DNA of 64,000 nt from Lytechinus pictus (lineage: Eukaryota), in contig NC_087261.1 in the NCBI RefSeq assembly GCF_037042905.1, positions 9,052,001 to 9,116,000 on the forward strand, written 5' to 3'. Each line of letters opens with the position of its first letter. The stretch's first letter is position 1. Under the pieces are notes generated by a model. The model was not told where the DNA came from and did not search any database. It worked only from the letters and a program-made list of their open reading frames with translations. Made by a program: the position numbers and the translations under genes. Below, one piece after another: positions 25,067-60,331 of this stretch.

Positions 25067-25592
25067 TTTGTTGGTTTCTTTAATAAAATGAACGAAAATT
25101 CAATATGTTGCTGACTTGCTTACTGCTGTTGACTTGTGATCTGACCGTCAGTACAGCTGATAATATGGGCCTGGTTTTGCCTTGCCGATTGTGTGTGCAT
25201 ATACTTGCACTAGCGTGTTTGTGTACAGTGGTAGCTATGGAGAACCCGGAAGTCTCGGCCTTCTTTTTTAGCACATGTTATACTAGACTATTATTCAGGC
25301 TTTTGCATGAAGGGATAAAAAAGGCAGAGCCACTACTTGCGGCTATCAAAGAAATCACGTAATTAATTATAAATATATGTCATTCATTATTATTTTTAAG
25401 CTCATTTTATTTTTGGTCATCTTTTTTTAATAAATGGGAGGAAAAAACGTTATATCCTCAAAATACTTTGGTTCGAACGTTCTGGATAAAACTATCTTCA
25501 TATAGCAACTGTTGTTATGTAAATAATTGACCACACTGAAACAGTAGCTGGCGCTATACCAAATTTGTGCGATCAAGAAAAATTTGATAATC
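25067..25592. promoter_or_regulatory. Putative bidirectional promoter/5' UTRs shared by CIMIP2C and RSPH10B
   Basis: Only 526 bp lie between the divergent ATGs. Contains X-box-like GTAGCTATGGAGAA (25231-25244), ETS-type CCGGAAGT (25246-25253), an RFX half-site TAGCAAC (25503-25509) and FOX-like TGTTTGT/GTAAATA. Confidence 0.6.
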
Positions 25593-48344
<22,752 letters not shown>

Positions 48345-49745
48345 TTGTCTTTTATTCATTTGGTAATAACTCAGTCACATTTTCTCTACAGCGGCGTACT
48401 GTGGGTAAAAACAGCAGTTATATGTATTTTTATTCAAACCACCTCGTGTAGCTGGTAAAAAAAATTGCTATTTTTTCGTAGGGGAAATGTGACTGAAGTA
48501 TATAGGTCAAGTCCACTCCAGCAACAATTTGATTTGAATAAAGAAATAAATAAGTCAGTATACAAATAGGCATGAGTGCGAGATTTCGCATAAGATGAAA
48601 GAAAGATGCTCTATTCAAAGAGGCCTTAGCCGAGTTGAATAGAGTGCCTCTTTCTTTCACTGAATGCCATTCATATTTCTCCAACAATAGTAACACAGCA
48701 ACTGCTGCATCACGCAGAAGTGTTACCCTTGAGGTATTGTTGGAGAAATATGAATAACTAAAGATCTTTCATTGATCAATAGGACTGCATTTTAATTGCA
48801 ATATATGTGTAGCTTTCAAAAATATGAGGATCATATTGTCAGTAGCCACCCTGATTCCTCATACAATGAGTAAAATGTGGTCTGGCAATAGGTACACAGA
48901 ACTATTTAAAAAGTCTAACCAAAGGGCAGTTTCATCATATTATTAACCATTTGATAAACCCCCCAGTTCTTTTCCATTCTCACAACTGCTCAAGCCTTGA
49001 TATTTGAGAGCATTACAACTCTTCATGAGCACACATACTTTCCTGTGTGGCCTTCTAGTGGTTGGCACACATGAACTCACAGCTTTTAACCCAATTTAAA
49101 TTTGTTTTTCTGTGAATATTGAACATTCTGTTGAAAATTATTTTGTATATGGTGTAAATATGTATATATATTTATAAATGTGTCTTTATAATTATTGCCT
49201 TATTTCATTCAGATATTTCACCTTGCTAATCCAATGCATTCCAGAGGAACTAAAGTTTTAAAAAACCTTTTGAAAATTGCTTTCAATTGCTTCGAGTAAT
49301 GCACATTTTTAGAGCTATATCAGTTTGTAACATTTTCTATGTTTCTATTTTGATGAATGAACATGTTATGATATCCTCTCAGAAATGGCTAATTCTTTTG
49401 AATATCTTTGATGAGGTATTCTAGAGAGTGTACAGGGGCCCATATCAAAAAGGACTTATGAATATATCTTTGTTGCTATGGTAACTATGGTAACAGGATT
49501 CGGTAGCCAATAGAAATTAAGTTTTCCATCTCTACCTCTATGTTTCCATGGTAATTAATGGTAAAGTTACAAAAACCTTAACTGTATGTCTTTTTTGTAA
49601 AAGGGAATCCTAGTATGCACTTGAAGGGTAACCCCAGATACGTGGGTATATCAAATGATAGAAGCAAATAAAAAAATATATATGAGAATTTATCCGTCCA
49701 ATAATCAGAGAGTTTCAAAGTGTGCATTATGTCTTTGGAATCCTT

Positions 49746-50162
49746 GGCCTTAATTCACATAGGTTGTTTTGAAAACCATTGGTTGAACCCATGGTTTATG
49801 CAAAATTCCTGTTTAAATCATGCTTATTTACTGCTTGTAATAAACAATTACCAATGATGATGCGCACTTTTGTAACAGTGCGCCAAATTGATGTCTGTTG
49901 TCATGGATAAGCACGCTATTTTATTAACGAGTCCACTGTTCTGAAGAGTGGACTCATTAATTCAAAACAGTAGACTCATTAATGAAATAGTGTGCTTAAC
50001 CATGGCAACAGGCATAAATTTGGCACACTGTGACAAAAGTGTACATCAGCATTGAACATTTTTGTTATATATGTGGTAAATAAGCATAATGTATACAGGA
50101 AATCTGCATAAACCATGGGTTCAACCGATGGTTTTCAAAAAACACCTTTGTGAATTTGGGCC
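49746..50162. mobile_element. Fully palindromic MITE, copy 2 (CTT TSD)
   Basis: GGCCTTAATTCACATAGG..TTTTGAAAACCATTGGTTGAACCCATGG ... CCATGGGTTCAACCGATGGTTTTCAAAA..CCTTTGTGAATTTGGGCC. Homologous to 34426-34846. Confidence 0.75.
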
Positions 50163-52022
50163 CTTGTGCTGTGAAAGGTACTGATTTGTGCATGCTTGTG
50201 TGGGTATGTGTGTTTTCTTCCTGTCAGTGAATGATGTCCAGCCCGCATAAGCCCTTGCTCCCCCCCAACAGAAAGTCATGTACCTTAACAAAATTGTGAT
50301 CCATTCTTACGCTACAGTCACACCAATAAAACTGACCCCAAACCGACCGATGCTATGTCAGGAGTGAGTTTTGCAATTGCACCAGGGACAGATTCTAGAA
50401 CATAGCAAATGCATTGAAAATGCTCGTTAAATCACAATGAAAAGCCAAGAGGTCTTTGTCGAAAATTGGCGAACTGGGATAGAGATTATCGCAAGATTCG
50501 AAGCAGATGACAAATTACAAATATGTACTTTGTCTAGAGTTACGGACAAAACCATTTTTTTAATTCACCATTTTTTTCAACAAAAAAAAATGCCCTTCAT
50601 GGCTTTGCCATGAAGGGCATTTGACAATAGATTCTCTATGTTCCAGAAAATGTCTGCGCAATGGATGCGAAAAATCCCTACTGGTAAGAATGTAATAGCT
50701 TTGGTTGGTTTGGAGTCGCTAGTTTCGCTATGACCTTTGGAGATAATCGTACTCGGCATTTCAAACCGACACTGATGGGAAGTATATGTACTTAATTGAT
50801 TTTGATCTGTTTTGTTGCTGTGACCGCTTCATAAGCCGTTAACTTTTGGCGAGAATCTAACCCAGTTCAAAAGAATAAAAAATCTTGGCTGTGAGATCCT
50901 GCATAGATGTTTCTATTGTTATTAACCCTAAAAAGACTGGGCTATTTGAGATGTACTGAGGACTGAAGGGGGCCATTATGCCCCCCTTTCCTTTTAGGGT
51001 TAAAGTACTTTGGTGTTTAAGAAGATACATATCGAGATGAGAAACAAATGAAACAAAAATTCAGACTTTATTTTGTCTTCATGTCAGTCAGTTTTTAATA
51101 ATCTTTTCAAGAAAGAAAAATGAAGAAAAGAAAATGACTTGCTTTTTAAAAGTTCTTTCCTCAAAAAGCTAACAGTAAGTCTTCAAAACACCAAAAAACA
51201 CACATAAATACAATACACATTATAAACTGAAAAACAGAAACAGAAAAAAATAACAACAAATATGTTTCCATCTTTATACAGATTGTTAACAAAGATTTAT
51301 ATACCAATTATCTTGGTACTCCAAATGACCATATATATATTTCATATATATATATTACAACCATATTCCAGACTTAGCATAGTCTGTGGCAAGTTACCAT
51401 AAATCTTTTTTTCCCCTCTCTATCTCTCACTGGTATTTTGCTATGATTTTGAAGAGAGGTCTTCAATGAGTTTGTATAAAAGCACACTTTCAGAGCTGAT
51501 ACACATTCCATTAAAAAAAGATGAGAATTCATTCAGCATTACAAACGGCAAGACGTTTTTACCCACATATAAAAGTTGGCAAAATTCATAAAGACTTACT
51601 TCGAAACATTTAATATTCCTTTCCGTTCCAAAATCAGCTCTTAAATTGAGAATAATAATTGGGGCTCGAGCTTCTTGATAGTCCATGCAATATCATCTTT
51701 GTTAATTTTTCATTAATCATTTTGAATCACCAGAAGAGCGGGATAATCACACATATCAGTTTCCAAAAATGTACAGTCAGCGGATGTCTGGATTATAATA
51801 GATCTTCTCATAATATTCACTTAAATATTTCACATACAGCAAAAAGAGAAAATAAAAATAAACATACTTGAAACTTGGTAAAGGAAGCCAAAATCAATCT
51901 TGAAGCACACTTAGTCAAGTTTTTAGAAAAAGGAGTTCATACTTCAAAAAAAAAATCAGAATCATTTTTTTATATGGAACTATGTTTTGAAGAAGTATGT
52001 ATGAATGTAAAAGCAATACATA

Positions 52023-52336
52023 GACCTGTATTCTGAAGTTGGGTTTGATTTAAACTCTGGTTTAAAGTTGTGGATTAACTATGGATAGCCAATAGTGGCA
52101 TAAATCTCTAACAGTAGAATTTCAATGTATCAGCTCATTTTACTCTCAAATCATTCTTTACTGTTTCGGAAAGATGAATAAGATAGCTTTCTTCACCATC
52201 CACGAGTTAGGAAAGAGCACAGGAAACATAAGAAACAAACAATGTAAGGAAAATTCTGACATTTCTGGCTTTCCATAATTTTAGCACACAGAGTTAGACC
52301 ATGGTCTAAGTTAAACCTGACTTCAGAATACGAGCC
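52023..52336. mobile_element. MITE with GTATTCTGAAGT...ACTTCAGAATAC termini; an inverted copy lies at about 57214-57505
   Basis: Terminal inverted repeats. The TTAGACCATGGTCT..GTTAAACCTGACTT block is shared in reverse orientation with 57214-57505. Confidence 0.65.
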
Positions 52337-53243
52337 ATAGTGTTAGAGGATGTTTCATGAAAGTTGTCTGCACTTAATAGTCAGTCGAAGACCAGTGCTT
52401 TTCAGCCAATCAAGAACAAGGATTTCACAACACTTTGTCAGAACTGAGAATTTAGTCAGTGCCGACAACTTTAATGAAACGGTTTTACAAGCCTGGGAAA
52501 ATCATTCGTATCTACATAAGATTGATCCATTCCCTATGTTGCTGTAACACTGTGTATTGCCTTAAGAGACATTATACATATAAATCAATTAAGCACCCTG
52601 CAAGTTGTTGGGGGTTTATTCTATAAAATATCCTTTGGCAACTTAGTCATGTTCAAACAAAGATTTAAAACACAGAACTTGCTACAAAACAACAATATTC
52701 ACCCTCAGTGGTGTGAACACGGTCAAGAAACATAGCACGGCTTGGTTTAGACCACATTTTATACAAATCACTAGACATTTTGGCAAAGTGTTCACAAAAT
52801 CTCCTCTTACTTTACAAATATTCAATCGATATTAAAACTTCACATGATAATAATAATAATAGTAAGAATAATTAATACCTACATACAGACAACATGAAAT
52901 CAAGTAATGAACACTTTATACATATAAGTATTGTCTTCTTGTACATCTCTTTTGCAAATAAAATAGAAAGAAAAATGATAGAATATCTCTTTTAAATACC
53001 CTAGTTCCCACACAACAATATCTCATGAGCATTCCATTAGGGAGATGCAGTAGAAGAAACTTGTCCTATATGATGCATCGACTTTCATCATCATCCTTAT
53101 ACACGAGAGGATGAGCACATAAACCATGATTGTAGGAAATTTCAATGGAGCAGCCCTATAGTGAGAAATAATTAGCAAACATTGATCCCCCTTAAAGACA
53201 GAAGAGAACCAATTAAAGCTTTCTACAAAGTTCAATATGTCCA

Positions 53244-53443
53244 ATGTCCAGATATTCATTATCATCTTAGAAGTGAAACACCCCAACAAATAAAAAAAAA
53301 CACTCAAAACAATTAAAGCCCATTTTAAAAAATAACTCAAAGTATGTCCAGATATCTATTATCATCTTAGAAGTGAAATACCCCACCAAATAAAAAAAAC
53401 ACTCAAAACAATTAAAGCATATTTTCAAAAATAACTCAAAGTA
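53244..53443. repeat. Direct tandem duplication of about 99 bp in the presumed eya 3' UTR
   Basis: ATGTCCAGATAT..ATTATCATCTTAGAAGTGAAA..CCCCA.CAAATAAAAAAA.CACTCAAAACAATTAAAGC..ATTTT.AAAAATAACTCAAAGTAT occurs twice. Confidence 0.8.
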
Positions 53444-55624
53444 TTTGTTTCTAAACATTACCCATCTTTCATGAAAACGCGAAAGAAAAATTATGTTTTT
53501 TGTACGCAAGATTTTACAGGGGTGCCGAATGTGTGCGAGGGACCGGAAATAATTTGATACTTGCAATATATTGCAATCATATTTTTTGCAACATCCCATG
53601 ACACATTACTTTCACATCAATATTCAAAGAGACCGTTCAAATCATTCACTGAAAAGACTCGGTTTTCATACAGACTTAAATTGAACATATTAAAATATTT
53701 GGTGTCTCAAAAAAACAAACATGCTTGTATAAATTATGTTCAACATATAAAAGCAGGTGTGATTTATTGTACAAAATTGATTATCTGGACATCTCAATTG
53801 TGTTGGAAGTTTGGACTCTCTTTGAAATATCTTTCAATAATATCATTTATCTAACGAGAACAATTAAACAAACCTAGTCTATGAACACAAATCGGTGGAC
53901 AGAAATCAACAAGGCCGTCTTTTGTTTTAGTAATACTAGTTCTCTTTGGTATGTCCTTATATGAACACAAAAAACAACAAGCCAAATATATTAAAACTAA
54001 ACTTTGAAAACAAAATATATTCATCTAGCCATCATTCATAACATGATTTTTGTTCTCAAAATTTACTCTATAAAAAAAAATCACAGACTATTACATTCAA
54101 AACCAGTTCATGATAAATAACATTCACATGTGTAATTTCACATAGGGTCTGGTTGCATAAAACTTCATTCAATAATAAGAAATGTTAAAAGCTATGGAAA
54201 TGGTGGCATTTAATTGGTTGATAGCAAAATTGTCATAGGAATTGTGCATTTGTCATTGATAGCAAGTTTTATGAAACGAGATCCATGGTCTAGTAACGCA
54301 GAGTTTAGTGATAGATCATAAAACTGAATTTCATGATTGATTGTACATTTGTTGTCAATTCAATTAATTGCAACATTTGTTTTACAATCAATTACTAAAC
54401 TTTTTGTTACAAAGCACAGTATAATAAAGGGAAAATTTTACAAAGTTTCTACTAAATCATGACACGCAAAATATCTTACTTCTTATGATATGCCTTTTTT
54501 CTGACTGTATTCAGCCTGTAACCTGTCTTTATAAAAACAACTACTTTCCTATTTACAGTTCCAAAACATTTCTTTATTTCATTTATGTCCTGATATTATA
54601 CATTTACTGCTGGATGTTATAGAGCAACTTGTCTTCATGGAAGATAAAAAGTTCATGTTGTGGGAAAAATGACCTTTAAAAATTCTTGCAATAATACATC
54701 ATTTTGAATTCCCATGCTTCTATTCAACTGCATTCAAAACTTCAATTCAGAAACTCTTTGGAAATTATTTTTGGAGGAAATAATGACATTTGAAATTTTT
54801 TAGTATACATGTATTATCTATATTTCTTTTAAAAAAATCTTCACTTACATGATTATTCCCCATCAATAATAATTTCTCGGTGGAAAAAATATCACAAATA
54901 TCATTATTTCTGAAATACAATAAATTAAATATACACCTGAAACTCTTATAATAATGAAAAAGAACAACCGACTTCCGGAGCAGCGAAAGCCTATATACCA
55001 CACTCTAAGAGGATTCTTAGAGGGAAAATAAAAGAGCCATTCCGATGAAACCAAGCTTGATTTATTTCATCCCGTAGAGAAACACGGAGACGACTCCAAA
55101 GTCCTGAGTGATTCCATGGGGTCAACATTAACCTTCAAAACACGACACTCCATCTTCCTTAAAGATACCAATATTCACAGATCTGAATATATATATGTAT
55201 ATATTCACCAGTTGCCATGGAAACAGCAGTATCGTCTCCGTAGGATGGCTTCACCATGTTTTCTCCGCGTCTAAATATATTTCCCGACGCAACTAAGTTC
55301 GAGCTGCCCATTAACATCCGAAGATTACTCTGCCTATGCATCTCATCATCTACATTTGAATGTCATTGTTATGGCAAGTTCATCGAGTTGTTCTGCTTAT
55401 CAGTCTTTCGCACATATTTTTTTAGCACCAATGGCATTTTCCAAGAGGTGAATGTCCAGGATACAAGGGGGGGAAGGGAGGGGGAGTGAAAAAGGAGGTT
55501 TGGAAGGGGGCAAGATAGAAAATATATCAACGATGGTGTATCTAGGGGGGTGGTGGTGACAGAGGAGGGGGTGGGGGTGACGGAGGAGGGGGTGGGGGTG
55601 GATGGCATCGTTCGGGATTGATAT

Positions 55625-58600
55625 TCAGAGGTATCCAAGATCAAGTGCATGATGTAACGCTGCTAAGTCTGAGTGGCTCGTTACCCGCCAAAAAGGAAAG
55701 TCCAACTGAAACAAAATCAAGAAATAAGTGAAAATCATTATCATCTTTATCGCAATAATTATCCATAATTGGGATAATTATTACTAAATTAATCAAAGCC
55801 TATATCAGGCTTCTACATGTGTCTAACGTTTTGGTAACAGTTACAATACTGTTGAACTCTTATCCTACTATTGCATGTAATAAACGTGTTGTGAGCAATC
55901 TATTGCTTTTCACAGACTGATTCTTCATGAAAATTTGAATTCTTCTGTTGGTCGTACATGTATTCCAGTGCCCTCTATCAAGAATGTTCCTCGCTTTGTA
56001 AGTAAAGACCCTTTGAACACTTTCTAAAAAAATTTAGTGATATGACAAATTCAATGAAATACAAACATAGTCTACTGAAATTCTATTCAAGCATGAGATG
56101 TGCATACTGTGTAATCTCAGTGAAACTTCCAAGCAGTCTGAAAAAGTAGTGTCCAAGAAAATCTTGTTTTTTTTCTTTTATTCAACTTCACGACTTTAAA
56201 CTTTCACAGTATGAAGAAGAAGAATTGCTCTTTCAGGTAAGCTTTTTTTTTAATTTTTGGATTTTGGAGACTAAATTACTATTTTGGCTATTGATAGAGA
56301 ACCTTACCAGGTTGGTGTTTCATAAAGCTGTTCGTAAGTTAAGAGCGACTTTAAGAACGACTGGTGATCCTTTCTTGTGGTAAATGGTATATTCATTGGC
56401 GACGGTTTAGCGCATAAGAAAGGATCACCAGTCGTTCATAAAGTCGCTCTTATCTTACGAACAGCTTTATGAAACACCAACCTGGCGACTTATTGGTAGT
56501 TTTGGGGTGGTAGGTGACATTTTATAATGAAGATGAAGTCAAAATAATTTACCTGCTTAGCAGCCGTCTCCTCATCCTTCGCATCACCGATGGCAACGTA
56601 CGTCACCTTACGACCGAACCTCGCTACGATTCGTTCAAAGCAGCTTTCCTTTCCAACTCTTGTGGCGCTGTACACATTCTCAATGTTGAACACTCCTCCT
56701 AGACCGTAGAGCAAGACTTTGGCAACGGCAGGGACGAGTTGTGTCGTTGTCACTAAAACATTGATGCAGTTTGATCTGACAGGAGAATATATCAAGAGAG
56801 ATTTCTTAATTCATGAGAATATATTTGGGCAAAATGTATTTAATTACATCATACTATAATCATCATAAATAGTATAAACAAATTGCCTGAGGACCATAAC
56901 TAGTTTGTAGATGTGTGTTGAATAAATTCTGAGTGAATTCGCTGACTTATTTTCTGTAAGATTTAATCAGAGATGAATAAAATTGTGTCTGAATGAAGGA
57001 TGAACATAGGAAAGGCATACATGTACATATAAACATTGTCATCCAGTATTTGACTACCATTACCCCTTTTTTCTTCCAAGTCACCTTTTGATACAAAATA
57101 TATTCCATATACATTGGTGGATCCAGGATTTGTTATGGAAGGGGCAACTGTGACCATTTTTAATAGACTTAGCTAAATCAATGTGTATGTTCAATGAGTG
57201 ATTCTCAAAACATAGGCCCGTAAGTCAGGTTTAACTTAGACCATGGTCTCACTCTGTGCTAAACTTATGGGGAGCCAAAAGTTCGAAAATTATGTTTCTA
57301 TTTTATATTTCTTATGTTTAATATTTTGCTTCCATTATAAAGAAAAAATACTTAAAAATACTAAACGTATTATTCCCAGATTATTATGAACAATTTGGGT
57401 GTCTTATGAGTTAATCCATTGGATGTGTACTGTTAGGGATTTGTGCCCCCAATTAGCTCTCCATAGTTAAACTACAACTTTAAACCCGAGTTCAGAATAC
57501 GGGCTATAGTGTGCATCCCTTGCACCCCAACCTGGATTCACTTTTGATAAAAATAACTCAGATTTTTCTGGCAATTGAAGAATAAAACAAGACTTGTGTT
57601 GAGGGATACACCTAGACTCATTTCTTACCTTGAGTGAATAATTGATAGTGATTTGAGAGCGATGGTGAGCCATGAATCCGTCATAGCTTCAATCTCTGCT
57701 CGTAATTGCAGCCACTGTTCCCTCTTCTGAGGTCCGAGTAAGCCTAAAACAAAAAAAAAGAATAAAAGTAAATTTAATTCATAGAGCTTTAAATGATACA
57801 ACCATCTGCACTACAAACTACATTGCTTGTGAACGCGAAGGAAATGTATAGTAATATTGACGAGTATAGAACTGTGGCTGAAAATCATTTTTTTCTTTCA
57901 AGCCATGCTAACATTTTTTAAACTAAAAATATTAAGCCTACTTTCAAATAATTTTTCATATTAATCATCAAAGAGTTTATCAATATACATGTACTAATAT
58001 TTGGCCAAATAAGATTTATCAGTATACCAATTTAAATCAATCCATAAATGAAATGACTGATTAACCTAAACGTAAGATGTTTCTTAGGTAATTGGTTATA
58101 TACCAGCTTGGTGTTTACCAGCAAAAACGCAGTCCTGCTGAGTTCCTACGGGAGTTACCATAAACATAAACAGAAATACATCTATACATGTATATCTTGG
58201 ACCTGGTGTGTATCTATTTATATATATATTGATCTATCTTCTACCTAAACCTGCCAATGTAATTATCAATCTACTACCATAACATGCTGATGTAATTATC
58301 AATCTATCTCAATGTACCCCCTACTTCTCTCTCCCTTCAACACTTTTGCTCTCACCCTTTCCATCTATCTCTCATTCTAAATCCATCCATCCACCTATCT
58401 ACCTATCCAATGTTTTCTTTCTCCATTTCCTTGAATAATTAATCACGATACTAACCTCCTACATTGTTCTTGTACGAGCTGTAAATCTCCTTGATTCTCC
58501 TATACCGGTATGCGAGTTTCCTCATCCAATCGACTCCGCCCCTTACACCGGTAGCGAGACATAGGTTAGCACTGGTAGCAGCAGCATGGAACCCGTCAGT

Positions 58601-59224
58601 CTGGAAATTATAATTACTGCTTGAGAAAGACAAGAGAGAACACAAATTATCATCATGAAATCAAAAAATTAATACAAAAACATCAATACAAAATTAATAT
58701 AGAAAGTTGTTTTATATAGTAGAAATTTATGTTGTAGCATTATCTCTTAAATCAAATGATTTGCTTGAACAAAGCTTGTAATAAAGAGGGAAGGAAATGC
58801 TCATGGAGACTTTTTGATTATTCAAAGTAATGTTACCAAATGCAACTTTGCTATTTTTCTTGCTTAATTACTTCATAACACTGATATTATATTATCACAA
58901 AAAATCTGTTCAGATTGTAAAATAAATCTCACTCTCTAAGGAATCTTAAATGTTGAAGAGCAAATTAGATCTTATCCCATTTTACTAGTGTGTCTTAAAA
59001 GCTATAAGAATATCTATATATATGTGTGAATAAGATTGAGATATTGAAAAACATTATTAACAAGTCATAATGCAATTCTCATCATACCTCTATATTTGTT
59101 TAGAGGCTGCTTTAATCACAAAAATTGTTATCACAATTATGTCTCAACAAAACTTTGTATCCTACCTCAAATCTTGTCCATTATCATCTGATGCTACATC
59201 GTCTATGTGCACCTGATCACATTC
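55625..59224 (-). CDS. eya: Eyes absent homolog (EYA HAD-type phosphatase domain), last five coding exons; no upstream exon was found, so the 5' part probably lies beyond the window
   Basis: Exons: 59224-59166 ([20 protein letters not shown]), 58616-58456 (NYNFQTDGF...[21 protein letters not shown]), 57743-57629 ([25 protein letters not shown]), 56775-56553 ([22 protein letters not shown]...GKESCFERI...IGDAKDEE), 55705-55625 ([26 protein letters not shown]). These are characteristic EYA-domain motifs; introns are GT-AG and phases are consistent. Confidence 0.97.
56307..56485. mobile_element. Near-perfect hairpin MITE in the last eya intron
   Basis: CCAGGTTGGTGTTTCATAAAGCTGTTCGTAAG ... CTTACGAACAGCTTTATGAAACACCAACCTGG, with arms of about 70 bp. 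Confidence 0.8.
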
Positions 59225-59740
59225 CTGAAATGAAAATAATAATATACATTTCAAAGTTTACAAGTAAATACTTTATCAGTGTTCAAGAATGTCAGAAGGA
59301 ACCCAAACATCACACTAAACAAAGAAAGGGTGAAACAAGGTAATGAAAAGGAACAAAAGGGGATAGATATTTGACATTAAAAATTGAAATTTTGAAAATG
59401 GAGGGGGAGGGGGGTAAAAGGGTTGAGGATAGAGAGAGGGATGTCGGAGGGAAAGAGCTGCGGGAGAGGAGAGATAGTAAGGAGGGGGGGCAGGGAAATT
59501 CAATAGAAAGCAAAGCACAGGGGGATGGGGTGGTTTTTGTAGGATAGTGGAATGGGAGTGGGGCAGATATAATGTAGGTCCTACAAGGAATATATATAGA
59601 GAGAGAGGAAACAGGAGAGAAAGGAGAAGAAGAGAGAGAGAGAGAAGAAATGAAAAAAAGGAACCATAAGAAAATGGAAAATAGAGGGTCAACATCAAAG
59701 ACAGAGCTCGTACACAGGGTTGGAGAATAGACGATCTTAA

Positions 59741-60331
59741 AGGGGAATGAAACCTTTGGAACAAGTAGGCTTGTGTCGAAACAGAAAAATCTAAGAATAA
59801 GAACAAAGAAAGTTTGAGAAAAATCAGACAAATAATGAGAAAGTTATGAGCATTTGAATATTGCAATCACTAATGCTATGGAGATCCTGCCATTGGCAAT
59901 GCGACAAGGATGTGTGATGTCACATGTGAACAACTTTCCCTTTGATGGACTATAAAATACCCTCAAAATGTCTCTCTTTGCTTTTTCTTATGGTGATACA
60001 AACTCTTTATCCATGATGTACATGTATTCTTTAAAAATCTGTATTACATGCCCTTCTATAAAAAGAATACATTATCTACTGATAGATGTGATAAAAGAGG
60101 CAATTTAAGTTAAATATATACTAAAGTAATGGGGAGAGTTGTTCACAAGTAACATCACACATCTTTGTCGCATTGCCAATTTGAGGATCTCCATAGCATT
60201 AGTGATCGCAATATTCAAATGCTCATAACTTTCTCATTATTTGTCCGATTTTTCTCAAACTTTCGTTGATCTGTTTCTTTGATTTTTCTATTTTCACACA
60301 AGCTATCTTGTTCCAAAGGTTTCATTCTCCT
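59741..60331. mobile_element. TTAA-flanked MITE with TIRs of about 200 bp (Kolobok-like) in an eya intron
   Basis: TTAA|AGGGGAATGAAACCTTTGGAACAAG ... CTTGTTCCAAAGGTTTCATTCTCCT|TTAA, with long inverted arms. Confidence 0.85.

Noticed and set aside
59310-59866. ORFs of 173 and 183 aa on the eya strand
   Set aside because: They come from a low-complexity purine/pyrimidine tract plus a MITE arm in an intron and are not EYA sequence.
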